Assembly: GCA_022563255.1 (NCBI GenBank)
Contig: JADFNS010000009.1
Location: 7,295-71,294 of the forward strand
Length of the DNA stretch: 64,000 nt
Direction of reading: 5' to 3'
Origin: Pseudomonadota bacterium
GTDB lineage: Bacteria; Pseudomonadota; Gammaproteobacteria; Steroidobacterales; Woeseiaceae
Shown here: piece after piece, positions 1 through 10,319 of the stretch
How the letters are laid out: each line of letters starts with the position of its first letter
Numbering within the stretch: position 1 is the stretch's first letter
The notes under the pieces: generated by a model
The model's database searches: none
What the model saw: only the letters and a program-made list of their open reading frames with translations
What the model was told of the DNA's origin: nothing
Position numbers and translations under genes: made by a program

Positions 1-2
1 TG

Positions 3-332
3 AACGGTGAAGCTCGTCCCTGGCAAATGGGCCTTCTGTGGGACAAGGATCGCCGCCTGCGGGATATTTTCATCGAGGATTTCGCAGCGGCCGGTTACGT
101 TGTCGGCGACAACGAGCCGTATTCGGGTAAGGCGCCGCAGGATTTTACGGTCGACTTCCATGCCGAAAAAATCGACTTGCCGCATATCGGTATCGAAATA
201 CGTCAAGACCTTATCGACGATGACGCCGGCGTCGCGGAAATTGCCAGGGTGATGCACAAAATCATTGCATCGATACCCGAGCGAATCGCGGCTGCCGGCC
301 AGGAAGCGTATGGCGCGGTCAGTGAAAAATAG
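3..332 (+). CDS. N-formylglutamate amidohydrolase (FGase) family protein, 3' part. The 5' end lies outside the window.
   Basis: Frame 3 is open from the window edge. The tail ...GYVVGDNEPYSGKAPQDFTVDFHAEKIDLPHIGIEIRQDLI looks FGase/HutG-like. It overlaps the start of the next gene. Confidence 0.5.
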   Translation, partial: NGEARPWQMGLLWDKDRRLRDIFIEDFAAAGYVVGDNEPYSGKAPQDFTVDFHAEKIDLPHIGIEIRQDLIDDDAGVAEIARVMHKIIASIPERIAAAGQEAYGAVSEK

Positions 333-1458
333 CGAACCGGCGTTCACGATCGGGGTAGAGGAAGAGTACCTGCTCGTCGACAAGGAGACGCGCGCGCTGG
401 TCATCGACCCGCCCGAGACGTTAATGGCGGAAGCGCGAGCGAAGTGTGGCTCTCAAGTCACGTCCGAGTTGCTGCGGTCCCAGATCGAAATCGGCACCAG
501 GGTATGCAGCGACGTTCGCGAGGCGCGTGCAGATCTGGCCCGCCTGCGTCGCAACATTATTGAGGTCGCGGACCGCCATGGGCTGGCGCCGATCGCGGCG
601 TCGACGCATCCGTTTTCGCACTGGACCGAACAAAAGCACACGCAGAAAGAACGCTACGAAGACTTGACTCACGAAATGCAGGGCGCTGCCCGGCGTCTGG
701 TCATTTGCGGCATGCACGTGCACGTCGGTATCGAAAACGACGAGTTGCGCATTGACCTGATGAACCAGCTCGCTTATTTCCTGCCGCATCTGCTGGCCTT
801 GTCTTGTTCGTCGCCGTTTTGGTGCGGTATCGATACCGGGCTCAAGAGTTATCGACTGACGATTTTCGATGCGTTGCCGAGAACCGGCTTGCCGGAGCGC
901 TTTGCGAGTTATGCGGAATACCAGCGGCACATACGGATTCTGGTCGATGCGGGAATCATCGAGGACTCGACACGAATCTGGTGGGATCTGCGACCGAGCG
1001 GGCGATTTCCGACCTTGGAAACTCGCATCATGGATGTCTGCACGCGGCTGGATGACAGCATTGCGTTGACCGCGCTGCTCGTGTGCATCATGCGCATGTT
1101 GTACCGGCTGCGCACCCGCAACCAGCGCTGGCGCATTTACACGCCGATGCTCATTCATGAAAACCGCTGGCGGGCCATGCGCTACAGTTTCGACGAGGGC
1201 CTGATCGACTTCGCCAAAGGTCGTGTCGTCGCTTTCAACGAACTGCTTGAGGATATTTTGTCGCTGGTCGCGGAAGACGCCGAGGCGCTGGGCTGCGAAA
1301 AAGAACTCGCTGGCGTCCGCACGATCCTTGACAGAGGCACCAGCGCGCATCGACAGCTTCGGGATTACGCGGCGGCGCAAGCATCCGGGGCCAGCGTCGA
1401 GGACAGCCTCAAGGCGGTTGTCGATACGCTCATTGCCGATACGGCGGCAGGCCTTTAA
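310..1458 (+). CDS. carboxylate-amine ligase, glutamate-cysteine ligase family 2 (YbdK-like)
   Basis: ORF 265..1458. The N-terminal FTIGVEEEYLLVD motif is typical of the GCS2 family. ATG at 310 chosen (MARSVKNSEPAFTIGVEEEY). Confidence 0.75.
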   Translation: MARSVKNSEPAFTIGVEEEYLLVDKETRALVIDPPETLMAEARAKCGSQVTSELLRSQIEIGTRVCSDVREARADLARLRRNIIEVADRHGLAPIAASTHPFSHWTEQKHTQKERYEDLTHEMQGAARRLVICGMHVHVGIENDELRIDLMNQLAYFLPHLLALSCSSPFWCGIDTGLKSYRLTIFDALPRTGLPERFASYAEYQRHIRILVDAGIIEDSTRIWWDLRPSGRFPTLETRIMDVCTRLDDSIALTALLVCIMRMLYRLRTRNQRWRIYTPMLIHENRWRAMRYSFDEGLIDFAKGRVVAFNELLEDILSLVAEDAEALGCEKELAGVRTILDRGTSAHRQLRDYAAAQASGASVEDSLKAVVDTLIADTAAGL

Positions 1459-1517
1459 GCAAGCGGAATGCGGCGTACGTCGCATTATGTCGTGTCAAAC
1501 CCCGATAGCATGGCTCC

Positions 1518-3437
1518 ATGTCCGGGCTCACTCAATTCTTTACGCCGTTCCTGGTGCTGGCCGCCGTGGCTTACACGGTGCTCGCTGTCCGTGTTTCGCG
1601 CTCGGGGCCACAATACGCCAGTAGCGTGATCGGTTTCTTCCTGCTGCTGATCGCTGGAATGATCGCCGGTTCGGCGTTTTCCTACGGCGCGACAGACGCC
1701 GGCTTTTTCGGTACGGGCCGGGTATTGAGCTTTATCTCGGCTGGCTTCATACCGGTTGTCTTCTACATTATTTATCGTGAGTACACGGTCGGATCTCCGG
1801 GTACTCTCGCTGTTTTGGCACTGAGCATTATCCCGCTGGCAACGACAGCGCTTGCCCTGACTAATTCGCTGCACCACTTCATTTGGGTCGCGACCGAGAC
1901 CGCGGACGGCCTCGTTGTCAGCGCCCTGAAGGATCACTTTTGGTACAACAACGTGTTTGCGCCGTTTGCCTACGGTCTGTTCGGATATTCAATCATCGCG
2001 TTGACTGCCCGACTGCCGACTATCGCGCCGGCACATCGCAAAATGGTTTCATTGTTGCTGATTTGCGCGGTGTTGCCATTTGCCGTGAGCGTCGCGAACA
2101 CGTTCCTCGGCATGGGTCCCAAGCATTTCCCGTTCGCATCCACGACCCTGGCTTTGCTCTGGCCTGTGTTCGCGTTCGCCAGTCTGAAATTGCGCGGCCA
2201 CGATTTCAGCCCGTTCGCGTATCACACTCTTTTTGACCATGTGCGTGATCCGATTATCGTGGTCGACAATGAACAACGCATCATCTGCGCGAACAAGGCG
2301 GCGCAGAATTTGCTGGGAGGTTCCGAGCGCGAGTTGATCGGTCGCGGCCTATGGGAGGATTTTCCGGCCGCGCGCGCCATTCTTGAAAAGGCGAGAACTC
2401 TTGACCAAACGCAGACGCTCGAGATGGACACGAATCGCGTGTACGAAGTCAGCGTTTCCACCCTGACCGGGCGGAGAAACAGGGATATGGGCATGGTGGT
2501 CGTGTGTCGTGACGTGACCGAACGACGCCGCGCGCAGCGGAAGCTCGCCGAAAGCGAACACCTGATTCGAACCCTGATCGAAACGTCGTCGAACGGAATT
2601 CTGCGTTTTGCGCGGGATGAGAATGACGCCGCGCGGAAGTTCCGCTGCGTCTTCGCGAATCGTGCGGCTGAATCGTTTGCCGGCGAGGGCGTCGGTACGC
2701 TGGTTGGCATGCCGCTCGAAAAACTGCGGCAGCTCGATCCGCAAAAACTACTGCAGCATTTCAATGCGACGGACCGGGCTGAATCGCAGATAAGCTATGA
2801 GATTTCTACCCACGCGGATCGCGAACAAATCTGGCTGCGAATCGTCGGTGAACCGGTTGGCGACGATTTCTCGGTGACACTGATCGACATCACTCAACGC
2901 AAGCGCAATGAGGACAAGATGCTCTCGGACGCTTTGCGCGATCCGCTGACTGGCGTTTTGAATCGGCGGGGTTTCGATCAGGAAGGTGCGGCTTGCATAG
3001 GCCGCAGCAGTGTAGGTGCGGTGTTGTATCTCGACCTGAATCAATTCAAGTCGATTAATGACCGCTTTGGCCATCAGGCCGGCGACGCGCTGCTGCGGGC
3101 TTTCGGACACCGCCTGGAATTTTGTCTGCGACCGGAAGATATTTTAGGTCGCCTGGGTGGCGACGAGTTTGCGATCGTGCTGCCAGGCGTTAACGTCGAG
3201 GATGCGCGACACATCGCGGGACGACTGGTGCAAACGGCTGCGGAGGCCTACATCATTCAAGGGCAGGAGATCACCTGCGCCGCGAGCGTTGGTATCGCTC
3301 TGATGCCAAAACACGGTAAGGAATTGTGGCAATTGCTGGGCGTTGCCGACGAGGCGATGTACAACGTCAAGCATATCTCCGAGGAAGATGCGGCCAACGA
3401 TCGCGCCGCCTATGTGGACGCCGCTACCGCCTCCTAG
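1518..3437 (+). CDS. membrane-bound PAS/GGDEF diguanylate cyclase
   Basis: 639 aa. It has a multi-TM N-terminus and PAS-like segments. RPEDILGRLGGDEF carries both an RxxD I-site and the GGDEF active site. Confidence 0.85.
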   Translation: MSGLTQFFTPFLVLAAVAYTVLAVRVSRSGPQYASSVIGFFLLLIAGMIAGSAFSYGATDAGFFGTGRVLSFISAGFIPVVFYIIYREYTVGSPGTLAVLALSIIPLATTALALTNSLHHFIWVATETADGLVVSALKDHFWYNNVFAPFAYGLFGYSIIALTARLPTIAPAHRKMVSLLLICAVLPFAVSVANTFLGMGPKHFPFASTTLALLWPVFAFASLKLRGHDFSPFAYHTLFDHVRDPIIVVDNEQRIICANKAAQNLLGGSERELIGRGLWEDFPAARAILEKARTLDQTQTLEMDTNRVYEVSVSTLTGRRNRDMGMVVVCRDVTERRRAQRKLAESEHLIRTLIETSSNGILRFARDENDAARKFRCVFANRAAESFAGEGVGTLVGMPLEKLRQLDPQKLLQHFNATDRAESQISYEISTHADREQIWLRIVGEPVGDDFSVTLIDITQRKRNEDKMLSDALRDPLTGVLNRRGFDQEGAACIGRSSVGAVLYLDLNQFKSINDRFGHQAGDALLRAFGHRLEFCLRPEDILGRLGGDEFAIVLPGVNVEDARHIAGRLVQTAAEAYIIQGQEITCAASVGIALMPKHGKELWQLLGVADEAMYNVKHISEEDAANDRAAYVDAATAS

Positions 3438-4777
3438 GGCGCGGGCAGGATCCGAAGGTCCAGCACCGCCGGATCGACCGTATCGAAAACCACGATGTCG
3501 ACAACGTCCCCGAGCACGACGTCGATCTGCACCGGCCCCGCTAATATATCTTTGGCTCCGGAATCGGTGACGTAAATATCGAAACTACCGGCGGCGAGGG
3601 CCGCGGGAAGAGCCTGCAGCCCGGAGTTTATTGCGGTCCGGAATGGATCGGCCTCAGCGATCGCTTCTCCCCGTCCGACAAAATAGAAATCCAGCTCTGC
3701 AAAATTGTTGGACGTCTGTAGCAGCAGAATCTTCGCAGACGTATCGACTGGTCGTAGATTGGGAATCAAAGTCGCGGTGGAGTAGGCGCCGTTGGCGCCC
3801 AGCGCCACGAAGCGATAGCGCACCCCGGACTCCGCGGCCAATGTGCCCTCCAGCGTGACCGCCGCGGTGCTGCCCGCTGGCGTGTAGCGGAACGTGTGAT
3901 CGCCGGCGAGCAACGGTATCGCAGCCGTCAACTCCTGGTAGCTGTGATCGGCAATGACTTGCGACAGCAAAATTTCGTCGTCGTAAATGTCCGATGTTCC
4001 CAGGTCGGGCGCAGCATGCAGAAATTCCACGGTCGCCGGATAACTGCTGTCCGGCATCGAAAACGTGGCCCCCACGGCTGCCAGTGCACGCACGATGACA
4101 GGGGCGACGTCGTTTGCGTCGCCGTCGAACGGCGTAATGATCATTATGCTCTGCGCCGCGAATTGTGCTTCGTCGGAGGTATAAAGAATGTCAAGAGGAT
4201 CGCCGGCGGTCGTTATCGTCATGACGTACAGACCGGACTCGAGATCGATCGGGTCGGTGATTTCTCCAAAAGACAGCGTCGCGACTTCCTGACCCGTGAC
4301 GGGCGCCACCCCCGCCGCGGCGAAATAATAGTCCACGGCGCCCAGGGTGTTGGACGTGTGGGCAAATTGAGCCTGAAAAACGGTGTCGCTTAAATCGAAA
4401 GCACGGCCTGTCGATTCCCAAACTGTGACAACCGGTGCGGCCAGTGTGCCGCTGATCAACATGGTGTAGTCCTGGTCGGCGACGAAATCGACATGCTGGC
4501 TGGCAATGCGCGTGGTGGCGGTGTCGCCCGCGAAAAACACGTCGAAATTAAAGGTGTAATCCAGATCGTCGTAGCGCCCCTGCGGCGAAACGTTCTTATA
4601 GCCCACTTCGCCGATCGTACGTTCTTCAATCTTGAAGCTGATATTTGGCGAAGCCATTATCGCGTTGATCGACCGGACGTTGGCCTTGCCGGTCGCGACC
4701 GGCAGATTCGATTCGCCGGCGCACGCACCCAGCAGCAGAGCGCCAGCCAACGCCAGCAGTAATACAGTTCGTTTCAT
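3434..4777 (-). CDS. lipoprotein, DUF4397-like beta-rich repeat protein
   Basis: ORF 3434..4849. Internal ATG at 4777 gives MKRTVLLLALAGALLLGAC, a signal peptide with a lipobox Cys. The family assignment is tentative. Confidence 0.55.
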   Translation of the reverse strand: MKRTVLLLALAGALLLGACAGESNLPVATGKANVRSINAIMASPNISFKIEERTIGEVGYKNVSPQGRYDDLDYTFNFDVFFAGDTATTRIASQHVDFVADQDYTMLISGTLAAPVVTVWESTGRAFDLSDTVFQAQFAHTSNTLGAVDYYFAAAGVAPVTGQEVATLSFGEITDPIDLESGLYVMTITTAGDPLDILYTSDEAQFAAQSIMIITPFDGDANDVAPVIVRALAAVGATFSMPDSSYPATVEFLHAAPDLGTSDIYDDEILLSQVIADHSYQELTAAIPLLAGDHTFRYTPAGSTAAVTLEGTLAAESGVRYRFVALGANGAYSTATLIPNLRPVDTSAKILLLQTSNNFAELDFYFVGRGEAIAEADPFRTAINSGLQALPAALAAGSFDIYVTDSGAKDILAGPVQIDVVLGDVVDIVVFDTVDPAVLDLRILPAP

Positions 4778-4785
4778 CAATGGTT

Positions 4786-6213
4786 TTACTTCTCGTAGCC
4801 GTAAACCGACTTTACTTCCAGGTATTCGTCCATGCCGTGCGCGCCCCACTCGCGTCCGTTGCCAGAGCGCTTGTAGCCGCCAAACGGGGCCATCGCGTCC
4901 AGGTCGGCGTCGTTGATGTGCACCATGCCGGTGCGCAGCCGCGACGCAACGCTGCGCGCTCGTTGCAAATTTGACGACGAGACGTAGCCGGACAAGCCGT
5001 AAGGCGTGTCGTTCGCGATGCGGACGGCCTCGTCCTCGTCATCGTAAGGAATGATCGACAACACGGGGCCGAAGATTTCCTCGCGCGCGATCGCCATGTC
5101 ATTTCTGACATTCGCAAACACAGTAGGTTTCACGTAATAACCCTTGTCGAGACCATCGGGACGCCCGGTGCCGCCGGCCGCCAGCGTGGCACCTTCGTCG
5201 ATGCCTTTTTGAATCAGCGCCTGGATCTTGTTCCACTGCAGTTCCGACACCACCGGTCCGACGCGCGTGCCTTTCTCTCGCGGGTCGCCAACGATCGTTG
5301 CAGCGGCGACTTTTGCGGCGATAGCCGCCGCCGCGTTCATCTTGTCTTTTGGAACCAGCATGCGCGATGGTGCGTCGCAGGACTGCCCGGTGTTTTCGAA
5401 CATGGCCTTGGTACCGCTGGTCACCGCCTCTTCGAGATCCGCATCGTCGAGAATAATATTGGCCGACTTGCCGCCGAGTTCCTGCGCGACTCGCTTGACG
5501 CTCGGTGCGGCGTTTTGCGCGACCAGTATGCCGGCACGCGTCGAGCCGGTGAAAGAGACCATCGCGATGTCCGGATGTTCGCTAAGCGCGGTGCCGACGC
5601 CCAGGCCGTCGCCGTTGATCAGGTTGAATACGCCTGCGGGCACACCGGCTTCGTCGAGGATCTCGGCGAAGATAATGGCGTTGAACGGGGCGATCTCGCT
5701 GGGCTTGAGAATCATTGTGCAGCCGGCGGCAATAGCCGGTGCGACCTTGACGGCGATCTGGTTCATCGGCCAGTTCCACGGCGTGATCATGCCGCACACG
5801 CCGATCGGCTCCCTGGCGATCAGCGTCGAACCGATCTGCTCTTCAAATTTGTAATCTTTCAGCGTTTGCAGCGCGGCGCCAATATGTTGAGTGCCGCTCG
5901 CCGCTTGTGCGTATTTTGCAAGTCCCCACGGAGCGCCCATCTCGTCCATGATGGCGGTCGCGATATCTTCAGAGCGTTTGTTGTAAACATCGAGAATGGA
6001 CTGCAGCAAATCCACGCGTTCTTCGCGGGTGGTTTTTGAAAAGGATTCGAATGCCCGCGACGCCGCGACGACGGCAATCTCCACGTCCGCGGCGGAGCCG
6101 ATGCTGATGCGACCGTACACTTCTTCGGTTGCCGGATTGACGACGTCCATCGTTCTGGGTTCGACCGGATCGACCCAGCGACCGTCGACGAAGAATTGCA
6201 GTTTTTCGAGCAT
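4786..6213 (-). CDS. NAD(P)-dependent aldehyde dehydrogenase
   Basis: ALDH family motifs are present ([21 protein letters not shown] catalytic Cys). ATG at 6213 is preceded by GGAGGA. Confidence 0.9.
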   Translation of the reverse strand: MLEKLQFFVDGRWVDPVEPRTMDVVNPATEEVYGRISIGSAADVEIAVVAASRAFESFSKTTREERVDLLQSILDVYNKRSEDIATAIMDEMGAPWGLAKYAQAASGTQHIGAALQTLKDYKFEEQIGSTLIAREPIGVCGMITPWNWPMNQIAVKVAPAIAAGCTMILKPSEIAPFNAIIFAEILDEAGVPAGVFNLINGDGLGVGTALSEHPDIAMVSFTGSTRAGILVAQNAAPSVKRVAQELGGKSANIILDDADLEEAVTSGTKAMFENTGQSCDAPSRMLVPKDKMNAAAAIAAKVAAATIVGDPREKGTRVGPVVSELQWNKIQALIQKGIDEGATLAAGGTGRPDGLDKGYYVKPTVFANVRNDMAIAREEIFGPVLSIIPYDDEDEAVRIANDTPYGLSGYVSSSNLQRARSVASRLRTGMVHINDADLDAMAPFGGYKRSGNGREWGAHGMDEYLEVKSVYGYEK

Positions 6214-6255
6214 CGTTGTCCTCCACAAACGAGCCGCGCATGATAGCGTAAATAG

Positions 6256-6636
6256 TCAGGTGCAGAGGTTTTTTTGGCGGTACCGTGCCGGTGGCATGTC
6301 GTACCAGGACTTGAAGGCGGCAGTGAAGGAACTGATATTCGAGTAGCCCAGCAGCATCGCGATTTCGATGGACTTGAGCCGTTCGTCGCTGAGATAGTTG
6401 ACGGCAAGTATCTCGCGAACTTCCTGCAGCACTTTCTGGAAACTGGTCTTCTCAGCCTTGAGGCGGCGTTGTAAAGTACGGCGGCTTAGTCGCAGAACGT
6501 GGCAGGCGGCGTCAGCATTGGCGTCCCCCTGCGCCATCAGGTCAGCCAGCTTGTGTTTCAGCTGGCCCACGATATCGTCCTGGCTGTAAAGCGACCGCAG
6601 GTATTTGCCGGCCTGATCTGTCAGTTGTCGGTACAT
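6256..6636 (-). CDS. AraC-family HTH protein, DNA-binding domain only
   Basis: 126 aa ending ...IEIAMLLGYSNISSFTAAFKSWYDMPPARYRQ. There is no room for an N-terminal sensor domain. Confidence 0.65.
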   Translation of the reverse strand: MYRQLTDQAGKYLRSLYSQDDIVGQLKHKLADLMAQGDANADAACHVLRLSRRTLQRRLKAEKTSFQKVLQEVREILAVNYLSDERLKSIEIAMLLGYSNISSFTAAFKSWYDMPPARYRQKNLCT

Positions 6637-6679
6637 CCGCGCATTATAACCTACGCATCATCAATTATGAGGGAACAAT

Positions 6680-8644
6680 ATGTCATCACCCGTGAGCTAC
6701 CAGCTCGAGGACACGATCGGTGTCATCAGTATCGACAGCCCGCCTGTGAATGCGCTGTCGCATGCAGTGCGACAGGGATTGCTGGACGCGATCAACGCGG
6801 CGCAGAACGATGCGTCCGAGGCCGTCGTCATCGTGTGCGCAGGCCGCACTTTTATCGCCGGCGCGGACATCACGGAATTTGGCAAGCCGCTCAAGGATCC
6901 GTGGTTGCCCGATTTGCTCAATACGATTGAGGCGTCTGCGAAACTCGTGGTCGCGGCGCTGCATGGCACGGCGCTTGGCGGCGGTTTTGAAACGGCGCTG
7001 GCGGCGCACTACCGTTGCGCCGCACCGGGCGCAAAAATAGGGTTTCCGGAGGTGCACCTGGGACTGCTGCCCGGCGCGGGGGGCACGCAGAGAACGCCGC
7101 GGCTGGCCGGCGTGCAGGCGGCGCTGGACTTGATCACGAGCGGTACACCGATTGCCGCCGGCGAGGCGCAGGAGATCGGCCTGATCGACAAAATAATTGA
7201 TGGCGACCTGCGCGCAGGCGCTATCGCCTGGGCTCGTGAACTCGTTGCCAGCGGCGCCAAGATTCGCAGAAGCAGCGAGCAGGATGTGCCGGAGTTCGAT
7301 CATGCGATTTTTGACGTTTATCGCAGCAAGCTGGCCAGACGCGCGCGGGGTCAGGTAGCGCCCGATCATATCGTGGCGTGCATTGAGGCGGCGGCCACGA
7401 TGACTTTCGAAGACGGCATGGCCAAAGAGCGTGAGTTGTTCATGGCGTGCATGGACAGCTCGCAATCGGCCGCGATGCGGCACCTGTTCTTCGCGGAGCG
7501 CCTCGCCGCGAAGGTCGATGGACTCGCGAAAGATACGCCGCAACGTCCGATCAAAAGCATCGGCATCATCGGTGGCGGCACCATGGGCGGCGGCATCGCC
7601 ATGAGCTTCGCCAATGCGGGCATACCCGTGACGATGATCGAGATCAGCGAGGAAGCACTGGAGCGCGGTTTGGCGATCGTCGACAAAAATTACGCGGGCA
7701 GCGTCAAACGCGGCAAACTCACGCAAGAGCAAGCGGCGAAGTGTCGTGCCCTGATCGTTGGGTCTGTGGATTACGCGTCACTGGCAGACGTCGATCTCGT
7801 TATTGAGGCCGTGTTTGAGGACCCGGAGCTGAAGAAGAAAATTTTCGCGAAGCTGGACAAGGCGTGCAAAGCGGGCGCGATACTCGCGACCAATACTTCC
7901 TATCAGGACGTGGACGCAATCGCGGCTGCCACCGGTCGTCCCGAGGACGTCATCGGCATGCACTTTTTCAGTCCGGCGCACATCATGAAGTTGCTCGAAG
8001 TCGTACGTGGTAAAAAAACGGCCGACGACGTACTGGCGACGGTCATGGCGCTGGCGAAAAAGATTCGTAAGGTGCCGGTGGTGTCCGGTGTCTGTTATGG
8101 ATTCATCGGCAATCGCATGTTGAGCCCGTACGGAAAAACCGCGCAATTGCTGTTACTCGAAGGTGCGTCGCCGCAGCAGGTCGATAACGCGATGGAGGCC
8201 TGGGGCATGGCGATGGGACCGTTGCGGGTGTTCGATCTTGCCGGTCTCGACATCGGTTACAAGGCTCGGGAAGCGTTGTCGGACGACGAAAAGGGCGACC
8301 CGAAGTCGTACCGGGTGCCGGATTTGCTGGTCGAGATGGGTCGGCTCGGACAAAAGTCCGGTGCCGGGTTTTATCATTACGACGATGCGCGCAAACCGAC
8401 GCCGGATTCCGCCGTGCAGGAAATTATCGACCAGGTGGCGAGCGAACTTGGCGTTGATCGGCGTACGGTAACGGACGAGGAAATTGTTGCTCGCCTGATC
8501 GGCGCACTCATCGACGAGGGCAAAAAAATCGTCGCGGAAGGAATTGCGCAGCGCTCCGGTGACATTGACGTGGTTTATGTTTACGGCTACGGCTTCCCGG
8601 CTGCGCGCGGCGGGCCGATGTTTTACGGAGCCAATCGCGGCTAG
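6680..8644 (+). CDS. fused enoyl-CoA hydratase / 3-hydroxyacyl-CoA dehydrogenase (FadB/FadJ-like)
   Basis: 654 aa. N-terminal crotonase fold (FIAGADI, ALGGGFE), then the NAD-binding GIIGGGTMGGGIA and an HACD C-terminal domain. Confidence 0.9.
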   Translation: MSSPVSYQLEDTIGVISIDSPPVNALSHAVRQGLLDAINAAQNDASEAVVIVCAGRTFIAGADITEFGKPLKDPWLPDLLNTIEASAKLVVAALHGTALGGGFETALAAHYRCAAPGAKIGFPEVHLGLLPGAGGTQRTPRLAGVQAALDLITSGTPIAAGEAQEIGLIDKIIDGDLRAGAIAWARELVASGAKIRRSSEQDVPEFDHAIFDVYRSKLARRARGQVAPDHIVACIEAAATMTFEDGMAKERELFMACMDSSQSAAMRHLFFAERLAAKVDGLAKDTPQRPIKSIGIIGGGTMGGGIAMSFANAGIPVTMIEISEEALERGLAIVDKNYAGSVKRGKLTQEQAAKCRALIVGSVDYASLADVDLVIEAVFEDPELKKKIFAKLDKACKAGAILATNTSYQDVDAIAAATGRPEDVIGMHFFSPAHIMKLLEVVRGKKTADDVLATVMALAKKIRKVPVVSGVCYGFIGNRMLSPYGKTAQLLLLEGASPQQVDNAMEAWGMAMGPLRVFDLAGLDIGYKAREALSDDEKGDPKSYRVPDLLVEMGRLGQKSGAGFYHYDDARKPTPDSAVQEIIDQVASELGVDRRTVTDEEIVARLIGALIDEGKKIVAEGIAQRSGDIDVVYVYGYGFPAARGGPMFYGANRG

Positions 8645-8658
8645 GTCAGGGGAATACA

Positions 8659-9111
8659 ATGGATACAACATGGATACAGGTTTTCATTTTGACGTTTGCC
8701 GAGTGTGTGGCGCCAGCGGGCAAGACCGTTTGCCAGGAGCAGCAGTTTGAGCTGCAGTTTGCGAAGCAGGCGGACTGCGAATACGCATTGGAGCAATTGC
8801 TGGCGATGAAGGACGGGCTCGACAATGTCATCGTGAATCGGCGCAAATCCGGCTGCGCGCCCTCGGCCATGCAGACCGAATCGTTTGCGAGCCTTGAGGC
8901 GATCAACGAGGCCTTCAAAGACAAAGTCGGCTGGACGGTTCCCGGCGAAGGCGGCGCCCGCAGGGCGATTGTCAATGCCGATCATCGTGAGCGACTGGTC
9001 AATCTTTATCCCTGCGAGGAAACCGGCGGAATCGCACCTTGCAGGATCGGCGACATCATCGTCGAAGAGGCGACGACAGGCGAAGTCGTTGAGATCTGGA
9101 AACGCGATTAG
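8659..9111 (+). CDS. hypothetical Cys-containing small protein
   Basis: 150-aa ORF with AGGGGA 6 nt upstream of the ATG and six Cys. No family recognised. Confidence 0.4.
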   Translation: MDTTWIQVFILTFAECVAPAGKTVCQEQQFELQFAKQADCEYALEQLLAMKDGLDNVIVNRRKSGCAPSAMQTESFASLEAINEAFKDKVGWTVPGEGGARRAIVNADHRERLVNLYPCEETGGIAPCRIGDIIVEEATTGEVVEIWKRD

Positions 9112-9140
9112 GTTTTAACGGTCACGGATTTGCTATTGCG

Positions 9141-9350
9141 ATGAGCTTGTCAACTTGCCACGATGCGATCGCCGTCGCCCTGATGATGGACTGGACTGAC
9201 CGCCATTGCCGCTACTTCATGCGCTTGCTGAGTCCGTCAGCCGTTTTGTACACGGAGATGGTGACGGCAGCGGCGATTCATGTCGCGGTCAGCGATGTGT
9301 TGTTTTGGAGAGTTATCGAGCCGTCATCGTTGATAAATTTAACTATATAA
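9141..9350 (+). pseudogene. dusA: orphan 5' fragment of dusA (first ~47 codons, then unrelated sequence and a stop)
   Basis: [39 protein letters not shown] is nearly identical to residues 9-47 of the intact DusA at 11507. Homology ends at 9281. Confidence 0.8.
9171..9281 (+). repeat. direct repeat copy 1 (dusA 5' segment, 111 bp, 7 mismatches to copy 2)
   Basis: Hand alignment with 11537..11647. It contains identical blocks of 26 and 35 bp. Confidence 0.85.
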
Positions 9351-9394
9351 ATAACAGGTAGTTATACGTTGACATTAGCTATTGATTGATTGAA

Positions 9395-10300
9395 TTATGA
9401 TACGAACGGCAGGGCTTCGCCGTGTTCGTACGCGTACTCTCTGTGCAATTCCTGCAGCTTAAGCGTCATCTGCCCACGTTTGCCATCGCCAATCACTCGT
9501 CCGTCGGCTTCCAGAATTGGCGTTAGTTCGCCCATCGTACCCGTCGTGAATGCTTCGTCCGCCGAATAGAGCTCGCTCAATGTCAGGTTTCTCTCGCCGC
9601 CCGGGATGCTCTGTGAGTTCGCGATATCGAGAATCATTCGCCGCGTCAGGCCGGGCAGGCAGGCATCCGCGAACGGTGTGAGCAGCTCGCCGTTGCGCAC
9701 GACAAACATGTTCGTATCGTTTGTCTCGGAAATAAAACCATTGATGTCGAGCATGATTGCGCTGTCCACACCGGCAACATTGGCGTCAATGGCGGCCAGA
9801 ATATTGTTCAGCAAATTATTGTGGTGAATTTTCGAATCCAGACACTGCGGTGTATTGCGTCTCGTCGCTGATGTAACGACACGAATACCTTCATCGGAGT
9901 AAACAGGCGGCTTCCATTCGGCAAGGACGATCAATGAGCACCCTGACAGATTAAGCCTGGGGTTCATGCCGGAAGTAATCTTTTCACCGCGCGTCAGCGT
10001 AAGACGGATATGGGTGTCGTCTGTCATCCCATTGGCTTCGAGCGTGTCAAATATTGCTGTGCGGATTTCATCGGACGATGGTACTGCCGCAAATGCCAGG
10101 GTCTTGGCCGAGTTTTGCAAGCGCTCGAGGTGTCCGCCAAGCGCGGCAATGCGACCTTTGTAAACACGCAGTCCTTCCCAGACGGCGTCGCCACCTTGAA
10201 CGACGCTGTCAAAGACAGAGACACGGGCTTCGGCACGTGGAAGCAGATGGCCGTTGACGTGAATGAGGATGTCGGCATTTCGAGGGTCAGGCAGTTTCAA
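9395..10300 (-). CDS. class IV (branched-chain/D-amino-acid type) PLP aminotransferase
   Basis: The ORF extends to 10492. A TTG at 10300 lies 7 nt after AAGGAG and 20 nt after the upstream stop. The start (M)KLPDPRNADILIHVNGHLLPRAEARVSVFD is typical of fold-type IV enzymes. Confidence 0.75.
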   Translation of the reverse strand: MKLPDPRNADILIHVNGHLLPRAEARVSVFDSVVQGGDAVWEGLRVYKGRIAALGGHLERLQNSAKTLAFAAVPSSDEIRTAIFDTLEANGMTDDTHIRLTLTRGEKITSGMNPRLNLSGCSLIVLAEWKPPVYSDEGIRVVTSATRRNTPQCLDSKIHHNNLLNNILAAIDANVAGVDSAIMLDINGFISETNDTNMFVVRNGELLTPFADACLPGLTRRMILDIANSQSIPGGERNLTLSELYSADEAFTTGTMGELTPILEADGRVIGDGKRGQMTLKLQELHREYAYEHGEALPFVS

Positions 10301-10319
10301 TCGGGATCTCCTTATGCAT

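Noticed and set aside
421-1485. 354-aa minus-strand ORF opposite the GCS2 ligase gene. A comparable ORF at 6686-7732 lies opposite the fadB-like gene, and another at 47634-48518 lies opposite dnaE.
   Set aside because: They are antisense shadows. The sense strand encodes well-conserved enzymes, and the antisense products look non-protein-like.
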